Below are positions 56,863 to 64,000 of a DNA stretch of 64,000 bases, piece by piece. The stretch is from Escherichia phage vB_EcoM_phAPEC6. A program made the position numbers and the translations under genes. The notes beneath the pieces are model-generated. The model saw nothing but the letters and a program-made list of their open reading frames with translations. It ran no database searches and was not told the DNA's origin. Every line of letters starts with the position of its first letter. The stretch's first letter is position 1. The DNA lies in sequence record MK817115.1; one strand, 5' to 3'.

Positions 56863-57139
56863 AATTTATTCCTTCTAACTGATATACGTTTAATGAAAAT
56901 GACCCATTATTATTATCGCATCTGAAACACAGTGTTAAAGAACCATTAAAACTAACAACATCAGTACATATACATTTTTCACCATTGGATATGATAGATT
57001 TTCCTATATATAAATCTCTTACTATAGTACGGTAATGTTGCCATAAAAAATAATACACACTTTCATAGTACTCATCTTTTACATATGACAAGTATAAGAA
57101 TTTATAAAATACTTGTATTTCCTTTAAGTTGTTTTTCAT
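56855..57139 (-). CDS. small protein, tandem paralog array
   Basis: 94 aa; VRDLYIGKSI. Confidence 0.4.
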   Translation of the reverse strand: MKNNLKEIQVFYKFLYLSYVKDEYYESVYYFLWQHYRTIVRDLYIGKSIISNGEKCICTDVVSFNGSLTLCFRCDNNNGSFSLNVYQLEGINFE

Positions 57140-57413
57140 TCTCCAACTCCAGTAAATTTACACCAATCCAATCAACATCACTATCAGTACTTAATTCCAA
57201 TCGTAGCTTACCGCTATGACTAACAATATCGCGGAATTTGTATATTTTATTATCACGAACTATACACAAATCATGGTAATATTCATGTAATTCATCCAAA
57301 AACTTTATCCATACCGAACGATAGATTTCACCGTAGAGATATTCTCCAGCATCAACCGTAGCGTATTGGATATACAAAAATTTGTATGTGAATTGTATAT
57401 CATTTAATAACAT
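57102..57413 (-). CDS. small protein, tandem paralog array
   Basis: 103 aa; N-terminus LNDIQFTYKFLY shared with 57424..57735. Confidence 0.45.
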   Translation of the reverse strand: MLLNDIQFTYKFLYIQYATVDAGEYLYGEIYRSVWIKFLDELHEYYHDLCIVRDNKIYKFRDIVSHSGKLRLELSTDSDVDWIGVNLLELENEKQLKGNTSIL

Positions 57414-57423
57414 ATGTAACCTC

Positions 57424-57735
57424 TTATAAATTCACCAACTTCACAACTTTAATCTCGATAAATCCCCTATCGGTTATTTCAAGAAATTCAACATGGATAA
57501 TCCCATTGTATGATTTAACTCCAGAGAACTCGAATATATCATTTCCGTCGATAAAAGTACTGTAATTCTTTTTTATATATTCACCTACTGAATCTAAGTA
57601 CTCAATATATAAATCAATAAATGGTTGTTCTTTGTATGGGTTATGTGAACCTATTTTGTTACTAACAAGGTATACATCATACAAATCATATAGGATCTTA
57701 TAAGTGAATTGTATATCATTTAAATTTAATCCCAA
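57424..57735 (-). CDS. small protein, tandem paralog array
   Basis: 103 aa; N-terminus LNDIQFTYKILY. Confidence 0.45.
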   Translation of the reverse strand: MGLNLNDIQFTYKILYDLYDVYLVSNKIGSHNPYKEQPFIDLYIEYLDSVGEYIKKNYSTFIDGNDIFEFSGVKSYNGIIHVEFLEITDRGFIEIKVVKLVNL

Positions 57736-57992
57736 GGGAATATCTCCAACGGAATACTGGTAAATCCAAAATCAGTGTAGTACTGAACCTCAACTTTACC
57801 ATCACGTCTAATGATTATATCAGAAAATTCTGCATGGTCATCACCAATAATAACAGTACTGAATTTTTTTTTAATCTTACCACGAATTGTATGAATCATT
57901 TCAGTGCATGTGTCTTCTAGACTAGGGCTATCATTGTCGTGTGCTAAATCTCGAATAATCTTGTATGTTAGTAGGAAATCTTTATAATTCAT
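57726..57992 (-). CDS. small protein, tandem paralog array
   Basis: 88 aa; MNYKDFLLTYK. Confidence 0.4.
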   Translation of the reverse strand: MNYKDFLLTYKIIRDLAHDNDSPSLEDTCTEMIHTIRGKIKKKFSTVIIGDDHAEFSDIIIRRDGKVEVQYYTDFGFTSIPLEIFPWD

Positions 57993-58264
57993 ATGTCCAC
58001 CAAATCTATACTATATCTTTCATTAGTATTACTATCTATAAATGATAGTACTAATTTACCACCAAAACTATTAACTTGTTCTATCTTCTGTTTTTTACCA
58101 CGAATGATTATCTCACTATTAACAAAATATTCACGTATCATTATTAAGTGATTAATCCAGATAGTATGAGTGAATGTGTTTTCTCGTATTGTATTGAGAT
58201 ATCTTCCATTGTGATGTAAATCAAACAAAACACTGTATGTATATTGTAGAACTTTATAATTCAT
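57989..58264 (-). CDS. small protein, tandem paralog array
   Basis: 91 aa; MNYKVLQYTY. Confidence 0.4.
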   Translation of the reverse strand: MNYKVLQYTYSVLFDLHHNGRYLNTIRENTFTHTIWINHLIMIREYFVNSEIIIRGKKQKIEQVNSFGGKLVLSFIDSNTNERYSIDLVDI

Positions 58265-58274
58265 ATATCCCCTT

Positions 58275-58305
58275 ACAAAAATAGCCCGAACTTATGTCGG
58301 GCTAT
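58275..58305 (-). terminator. rho-independent terminator
   Basis: Stem ATAGCCCGA/TCGGGCTAT (9 bp), A-run 58275-58280 on plus. Confidence 0.5.
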
Positions 58306-58310
58306 GTACA

Positions 58311-58925
58311 TTATTCATCGTCGTCATCGTCATCTAGATCGATATAGATACTATCATCACCATCATCAAAGTACTCCACAATAACTCCTGGAATATTAAG
58401 AGCAGTAAACATTGCATCATATTTCTCATCAGATGGAATCAAAACAAATTCATCAATGTTTTGAACTTCTGGCATTTTATCTTCGGGGATACCCATATCA
58501 ACAAGTGACTGAATAATCTTTTCTTTGAATTCTAAAAACTTCTCTTCAGATTCAAAATCCATAATAAGCTGTGCAACATATCCTTCATCGTTACCGAATG
58601 AAATTGACATTTGTGCATCAGTACCGACATAGCACCAAACACGTTTACCTGTGTGCTGCTCAATAAAGTTTTGAATCTGTAACACAATGTCATGGCGAGA
58701 ACTGTTAGCAATGTTGTTAAGATTTTCTACACCAGCATTAATTCCAGTACTGTCATTTGTTTCTTCAAATTCACCATAATCACCCAATACATACTGTACA
58801 CCTTCATGATGTAATGCATATGCATAGTCAAGGTCAGCGAGTGAATCGCACTTTCCACGGATCGGACGTAGGGAAAGACCTAAGCGAAGATAACGGAAGT
58901 ATGTATTAGTATTTGTATTTGTCAA
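58311..58925 (-). CDS. hypothetical protein with poly-acidic C-terminus
   Basis: Ends DDGDDSIYIDLDDDDDDE; track ORF (to 58997) overlaps upstream gene, real start uncertain (possibly TTG 58925 or a later ATG). Confidence 0.4.
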   Translation of the reverse strand: MTNTNTNTYFRYLRLGLSLRPIRGKCDSLADLDYAYALHHEGVQYVLGDYGEFEETNDSTGINAGVENLNNIANSSRHDIVLQIQNFIEQHTGKRVWCYVGTDAQMSISFGNDEGYVAQLIMDFESEEKFLEFKEKIIQSLVDMGIPEDKMPEVQNIDEFVLIPSDEKYDAMFTALNIPGVIVEYFDDGDDSIYIDLDDDDDDE

Positions 58926-59205
58926 CGTAATGCTCCTTAACAATATAAAAGTAGTTGCTGTTATTGTCAAAAAAGATAACCATCCCTTTATAGACATTTA
59001 CACCAATTTTGATTTCACATATGTTATTTGATTTACTCGCTTCAGTCAATAACATTTTGTGCTCTTTACTGAAAGTGTGGAACAGTGGTTTGACATGCCA
59101 CATTTCGATACCATCCAGTACTGAAAATTTTTCACTAAATTTAATCATTGATTCTTGTAAAAAATATCCTGTAAGATTTATTTCATCACACATGCAAGTT
59201 TCCAA
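58906..59205 (-). CDS. hypothetical protein
   Basis: 99 aa ORF. Confidence 0.4.
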   Translation of the reverse strand: METCMCDEINLTGYFLQESMIKFSEKFSVLDGIEMWHVKPLFHTFSKEHKMLLTEASKSNNICEIKIGVNVYKGMVIFFDNNSNYFYIVKEHYVDKYKY

Positions 59206-59479
59206 GAAAATTAATCACATCTGCATGTGATAATGTATCATTACCTTCTAGTACATTAATGATAAACGGCACTTGGCGATATAGTTCAGCCAGGAATTGT
59301 ACCTCATCAGATGTGTAAGAATATCCCATAGGAACAACCTGTGCAGTCCAGTTTCCTAGAGTTTTGTTAGCAATAATTGCAACTACAGTATTACCTTTGT
59401 ATTCAACATGGATGGAACGAAATCCTGATTGCTCATTTTGATCCCAAAGTACTGGATTGGTTTTGAACAGTACTGACAT
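59186..59479 (-). CDS. hypothetical protein
   Basis: 97 aa ORF. Confidence 0.4.
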   Translation of the reverse strand: MSVLFKTNPVLWDQNEQSGFRSIHVEYKGNTVVAIIANKTLGNWTAQVVPMGYSYTSDEVQFLAELYRQVPFIINVLEGNDTLSHADVINFLGNLHV

Positions 59480-59481
59480 AA

Positions 59482-60015
59482 TTATTTCCTCATGTATTTT
59501 ATAACGTCTTCAAATAATTGTATTTTTAAGTCCTCGTCATTTCCAGGTAAAAACTCACGAAAACTATCAAAATCTTCATTTTTTGCGAAGTTACGCATTT
59601 GTGTTGAGCTATATTGACTTACATTACGGTCAATACCTGCCTGAATTGCTTTTATACTACAAAAATTATACAACTTACCATTGTACATGTCAAGAGTTTT
59701 TTGAAAAGAATCAATACGGTCAGAACCACAAATGAAAAGAACATCTAAGTACTTTCCATCCAGTTCTCTCATTATATCAAATAGATTGTCTTCTGTGTAG
59801 ATGTTCTCTTGCACTGAAGGATAGAATCCCTCTGTATAATACATTTTTAGTTCAGGTGGGAGTGGGTTTTTTATATTGTCAGTACTGGTGCTTAGATATA
59901 TTTTTAAATCAGCATTGTACTGTTCTTGTAATGTTTTGGCCTTTTCAAAAACTAAACCATGTCCACGATGTACAGGATTAATACGACCAAACGTTAATAC
60001 ACATGTTTCTTTCAT
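59482..60015 (-). CDS. HxGH-type nucleotidyltransferase, likely NMN adenylyltransferase-like
   Basis: 177 aa; FGRINPVHRGH (HxGH) near N-terminus and SSTQMR (ISSTxxR-like) near C-terminus. Confidence 0.5.
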   Translation of the reverse strand: MKETCVLTFGRINPVHRGHGLVFEKAKTLQEQYNADLKIYLSTSTDNIKNPLPPELKMYYTEGFYPSVQENIYTEDNLFDIMRELDGKYLDVLFICGSDRIDSFQKTLDMYNGKLYNFCSIKAIQAGIDRNVSQYSSTQMRNFAKNEDFDSFREFLPGNDEDLKIQLFEDVIKYMRK

Positions 60016-60533
60016 AAATTCTTCATCACCAACCCAAGAGATTTAAGATAATTGATTTTAGCAGTGGTTAAGTACTTATCCAGTACTATCAGACACGAAG
60101 GAAATGGTGCTGAATCTGTTTTCTTATCGGGTTCTTCTGGTATACCAAATCGTAATCTTCCCTTAATAAAACAAATACAATCACATATTTTAGCAGCATA
60201 ATCCTGAAAAGCAATTGTGTCGGTTCTTGAGGGTACAAGAATAACTACAGTTGCCCCGTTATTATATGCATCTACTGCTTTAGATAACCAAGTTTTCAAG
60301 TCACTGTATGGTGGATTCAACCAAACTATATTATTTCCCCAATCCTGTGATAGTGAATCATCTTCTGGAGTGAAAAAATTATCACACAATGCAGTCTCAT
60401 CAACACAAGCAGCATCAAGTGTAAATCCCCATAACTCATCCAAATCTTCAAAGAAATCTTTGGGAGTTGTCCAGTTATCTTTTCCAGTACTGAAATGTAC
60501 TGAATGTTTTTTCGAAGCATCCTTCTTCGACAT
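60012..60533 (-). CDS. phage-type DNA N6-adenine methyltransferase (Dam-like)
   Basis: 173 aa; WGFTLDAAC and NPPY motifs. Confidence 0.5.
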   Translation of the reverse strand: MSKKDASKKHSVHFSTGKDNWTTPKDFFEDLDELWGFTLDAACVDETALCDNFFTPEDDSLSQDWGNNIVWLNPPYSDLKTWLSKAVDAYNNGATVVILVPSRTDTIAFQDYAAKICDCICFIKGRLRFGIPEEPDKKTDSAPFPSCLIVLDKYLTTAKINYLKSLGLVMKNL

Positions 60534-60549
60534 TATATAATTCCTTTTG

Positions 60550-61170
60550 TTAGAGACAGTTGTGTACTATCTTATCAAAAGTACTACTGTCAATGTTATA
60601 TTCATATAAAAATTTAAAATGTGAACCGTAACGCATCATCAGATTAAACTCTTCTTCAGTATTGAACTTGTAATCATGAATAGTCTCAGGGGTACATTTT
60701 AAACCCAAGAACTCTATAATTTCAGATGTTACATCATATCCTGAATTGAAGTATTTAACCCAAACACATTTTCCTTGTGGGTTGTATTTTCTATATTCTC
60801 CTTCTAGTTCTCCTTTAATAATATGAGCCTTAACACTTATTGAATTATTACTATATCTTTCTTCAAAATAATTACCATACTGGGCTTTTGATATTGTTGG
60901 TTTTTGAGTAGGAAGTAATTTAACTGAAGTCACTTCAATTCCATTTTGTAATTCCTTTATATAAGAAATGCATCCTTTTTCTTTAATAACCACATATCCA
61001 GTAAAGATATCTTCGTCTTGTGATTGATTAATGCAATCATCAAAATTCAAAGTTTTATAAGTAACAGTTTTTTCTTTTCTAATAAATGCCATCATTATTC
61101 CTATGGAAACATCAATGAATATACGTGACGTTGATTGCATCAACATCAGTAGAATTATCATGCTACGCAT
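60550..61170 (-). CDS. hypothetical protein
   Basis: 206 aa track ORF; N-terminal 26 codons hydrophobic, true start may be ATG near 61092. Confidence 0.4.
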   Translation of the reverse strand: MRSMIILLMLMQSTSRIFIDVSIGIMMAFIRKEKTVTYKTLNFDDCINQSQDEDIFTGYVVIKEKGCISYIKELQNGIEVTSVKLLPTQKPTISKAQYGNYFEERYSNNSISVKAHIIKGELEGEYRKYNPQGKCVWVKYFNSGYDVTSEIIEFLGLKCTPETIHDYKFNTEEEFNLMMRYGSHFKFLYEYNIDSSTFDKIVHNCL

Positions 61171-61207
61171 GTCTAATTCTACAAGTACTATTTTCTTTTA
61201 ATTAATA

Positions 61208-61740
61208 TTGACGGGGTTTGCTTGAGCATATTTCATCCCCCCGCAGGGGAAAGAACAAAAAAATTTGACGCTGGTGGCCTTCACATAGTTCATATCACGA
61301 ATTCTCTTACGAGACGAAAGCGGGTTGCTCTGTTTCTCTCTATCGCGGTTCTTGTAGCAACGGTCGTCGGTCTTAAACATCCCGACACATAATACAAATA
61401 CCATATGACCAGTACTTGTATTTGATTTCACAAAATTTGGACGCAACTATATTGTATAATTCCGACCGCATATTTCTTATGAAATCTCCCTTAGATAATT
61501 GGTAAGGTGCGATCCTTATATGTCTATCGAGGAACTCTCTTTATCCTATTGGAGTTCTTTATACAGCCGCATTGCCGTGAGTGGTTCAAACTATGCCATC
61601 ATCTAACGGGTTTCATCTGCTGTTCGTACTGAAAGGACTACTCATCTACCCTCTACATTTTCGAGTGGATTAGGCTTTTAATCATTTCCTTATGGGAACC
61701 TTTCAGGATTAAAAAAAGGTGACTAACATATTATGTTGTC
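61208..61740. ncRNA. candidate large structured non-coding element, copy B (paralog of 5527..6096)
   Basis: Same conserved blocks and hairpins as copy A; no conserved ORF; strand unresolved. Confidence 0.35.
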
Positions 61741-61743
61741 ACC
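61711..61743 (-). terminator. rho-independent terminator (long bulged hairpin)
   Basis: GGTGACTAACAT-ATT-ATGTTGTCACC, A-run 61711-61717 on plus. Confidence 0.45.
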
Positions 61744-61747
61744 TTAT

Positions 61748-61758
61748 ATTATATCATT
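61748..61758 (-). promoter_or_regulatory. extended -10 promoter-like motif TGATATAAT (minus strand)
   Basis: Plus ATTATATCATT identical to 6104-6114; directly followed on minus by the hairpin (PeSL-like arrangement). Confidence 0.3.
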
Positions 61759-61773
61759 AACTTATCATTTGTC

Positions 61774-62661
61774 TCAGTTATATTCGGTTTTTTCTGTGAA
61801 ATTTGTTAGTATATCAACACTAAAACTTCGAATAACCTCAATCCTGCTTGGCATGAAACGATGTTTATTTTTAATATACAACTCATCATCTTCAATAAAA
61901 GACGTAAAAATAAATGTCATATCTTCACGTGGAATTTGTAAAATATCACACATTTCATTTGCCGATGCTACTGGTGAATCGTTGTAGTACTGAGAGTATG
62001 CACTAGATTGGCGACCGATTATAATAGAATTTCTGATTAGAAAATTACTACAGTACTGAAAATCTTTGTAGTACTTTTCAATAATGTACGGCATAAGTGC
62101 TTCTTTCACGTCTTCATAACCATTAGTACTATCAATTGCTATACAGTAATCTTCACGTTCTTTTTTCTCATGATGGTAATCATAAACATACTCAAAGAAT
62201 GAATTTTTATTTAATGAATCATTTAAACCAACTGACCCACTATAGTATGATTTTCTATCATTCATTCGATCATCTGGGCATGATGCATACATAGAAGTGT
62301 CATGTGATGATGTACCAATATAAATTTTCTTAGTAATATGATTATACGCTATGTAATCATAATCTTGAACTCCAGTCAGCATTAACTGGAACATTAAATC
62401 ATCAGGAACATCAATTAACGGGTACTCAAACTTCGAATATCTACTGCGGCAGAAGTTCTTTTCAAATGCTCGGTATGCGATAAAATCTTTTAGATTTTTA
62501 CAAGATTCATGCTCATGAGCACTACTGCTACGTACATTGACATTAGTCGATGTGCAATATCCATCCGAATCTTCGGTGAAGTTACCAGCATAATCCTTAT
62601 TGTAGTCAACGATTAGATAAAGTTTCATACATCTCCAGACAAAAAAAGGACGAGATAACAA
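61774..62661 (-). CDS. hypothetical protein
   Basis: 295 aa ORF. Confidence 0.5.
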   Translation of the reverse strand: MLSRPFFVWRCMKLYLIVDYNKDYAGNFTEDSDGYCTSTNVNVRSSSAHEHESCKNLKDFIAYRAFEKNFCRSRYSKFEYPLIDVPDDLMFQLMLTGVQDYDYIAYNHITKKIYIGTSSHDTSMYASCPDDRMNDRKSYYSGSVGLNDSLNKNSFFEYVYDYHHEKKEREDYCIAIDSTNGYEDVKEALMPYIIEKYYKDFQYCSNFLIRNSIIIGRQSSAYSQYYNDSPVASANEMCDILQIPREDMTFIFTSFIEDDELYIKNKHRFMPSRIEVIRSFSVDILTNFTEKTEYN

Positions 62662-62679
62662 ATCCCGTCCTTTGGTTTA

Positions 62680-62985
62680 TTAGTGACTTGCCCAGCAGTA
62701 AACAGGACGTAGATTTTCCATTGGATTTACTTCAGGCTTCAGTACTGTTACACGTACTTCATATGGAGTTCCATCTGCATGATGGAATGTTTCATAATGA
62801 ATACTTTCAATAAATGTTTCGTATTCTTCTTGTGAACGTGAACGTACTGCTGATGAATATTTCTTCTTAGAATCTGCTTTAAGTGTAACACTGACTAGTT
62901 CTGATTCCTCACCTTCTTCAAGTTTGTTGAAATCGAACTCTGGTACACCTTCAAACATATCAAATTTCATTCCATTGTCTTCCAT
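62680..62985 (-). CDS. hypothetical protein
   Basis: 101 aa ORF; terminator-like hairpin downstream at 62650-62678. Confidence 0.45.
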   Translation of the reverse strand: MEDNGMKFDMFEGVPEFDFNKLEEGEESELVSVTLKADSKKKYSSAVRSRSQEEYETFIESIHYETFHHADGTPYEVRVTVLKPEVNPMENLRPVYCWASH

Positions 62986-63034
62986 TTTTAAATTCCTTTT
63001 ATATAATGTTAATTAGATATTTTTAATAAGCAGA

Positions 63035-63421
63035 TTAGATTGTGTCATACTGTAGTGTTCCGTGACGGAATTTTTCAAGTCGTGCTAGAACTTCTTTTCG
63101 TTCAACAATTTCTGGAACATCTTCTTGTAGTTGATCACAAACTTCAACAATGAAGTCCCAATCACTCTCACAACTTTGTCGTACCGCCTCAATTGTTTTC
63201 CAATCAGTACTGATATCACCATCAGCATTTTGATATACAGGCCAAACTTTTCCATAATCAGCAATGGATTTGTCATTTAGAATACGAATGGCATTGAAAA
63301 TCTGACCAGTACTGAAGTGTTTTGTATTCTTCATATCTTCTAAACAGCATAGCTTTGGCTCACCTTTTACTTCAATGAGTAAAACACCACCAATTGCTTT
63401 TAGGACTGAACTTGTATTCAT
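63035..63421 (-). CDS. hypothetical protein
   Basis: 128 aa ORF. Confidence 0.45.
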   Translation of the reverse strand: MNTSSVLKAIGGVLLIEVKGEPKLCCLEDMKNTKHFSTGQIFNAIRILNDKSIADYGKVWPVYQNADGDISTDWKTIEAVRQSCESDWDFIVEVCDQLQEDVPEIVERKEVLARLEKFRHGTLQYDTI

Positions 63422-63492
63422 CTATATCTCCGTTATCAAAAAAAGATGTGAACATTATATCACAAGAATCTAATATGTTCACATTATTTTCA

Positions 63493-63786
63493 TTAGATTT
63501 TAATAATATTGTACCAGTTATCAAAATCCTCAATTGCTAGAATGAACATATTTTCATCATTGAAATCTAAAATATGTTCATTGTATAGGTAACTAATGTA
63601 CTTGTTTTTGCATAGTCTAGCATTCATTAGTAACATTTCTACTGCACGTTCATAAGAACAAGGAACAAGGTATAACTTAGTACCATCTTGGTGAATAATT
63701 TCCTCAGCACCATGTGGTATAAAACGTTCTGCTGTATGTGGAATATACGGCTTAGTTTTAAAAATAATTTTGAATTTAGTATCCAT
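63493..63786 (-). CDS. hypothetical protein
   Basis: 97 aa ORF; GGAGG RBS 8 nt upstream. Confidence 0.45.
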   Translation of the reverse strand: MDTKFKIIFKTKPYIPHTAERFIPHGAEEIIHQDGTKLYLVPCSYERAVEMLLMNARLCKNKYISYLYNEHILDFNDENMFILAIEDFDNWYNIIKI

Positions 63787-63808
63787 ACCAAATCCTCCAG
63801 ATTTATAA

Positions 63809-64000
63809 TGTTTCTTTTATGTTATGTAACATAGTATTAACTATGCACATCTTACCACCTAACTTGTAGTAATATTCTAACTTATTAATAATATTACTTT
63901 TTAATATATCAAATATTTGATATTCATTTGGATCGAAACTAAGTTCGAATTGGAATGTATATAAATTGTTAAAGAGGTGAACTAATGATGCATCTGGTGA
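63809..64000 (-). CDS. hypothetical protein, partial (N-terminus beyond window end)
   Basis: Open frame from window edge to stop at 63809 (...KLEYYYKLGGKMCIVNTMLHNIKETL). Confidence 0.35.

Noticed and set aside
1-64000. CRISPR array, integrase/transposase or prophage boundary
   Set aside because: No direct-repeat/spacer array and no recombinase or transposase motif was seen; the gene content is that of a virulent phage interior region.

Overview
This window is a densely packed, almost entirely minus-strand gene array from a large virulent T4-superfamily myovirus (AT-rich, roughly one third GC by eye), probably of a Gram-negative host given the lipoprotein spanin pair. Recognisable products include anaerobic ribonucleotide reductase NrdD and its activase NrdG, dCMP deaminase, T4 gp30-like DNA ligase, T4 Rnl1-like RNA ligase and T4 PseT-like polynucleotide kinase/phosphatase, PIN-PhoH, ClpP, a PPP phosphatase, Sir2, Nudix, an NMNAT-like enzyme, a Dam-like methyltransferase, an HNH endonuclease, an i-/o-spanin pair and a three-gene tail-fiber operon driven by a T4-type late promoter (TATAAATA). 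Most of the remaining ~80 ORFs are small hypothetical genes, many in tandem paralogous arrays. The most unusual signal is a pair of ~0.5 kb non-coding elements (about 5.53-6.10 kb and 61.2-61.75 kb) that share blocks of near-identical sequence with hairpins whose loops differ between copies; I interpret them as two copies of a large structured RNA or regulatory cassette of unknown type, with strand unresolved. Other points worth follow-up are scattered NAD-metabolism genes, three unrelated protease homologues, a serine-less ACP-like protein, a Pol-beta-type nucleotidyltransferase and a single plus-strand gene. No tRNA, rRNA, CRISPR array, integrase or transposase was found. All calls come from reading the sequence and ORF translations by eye; no database search or folding was run.
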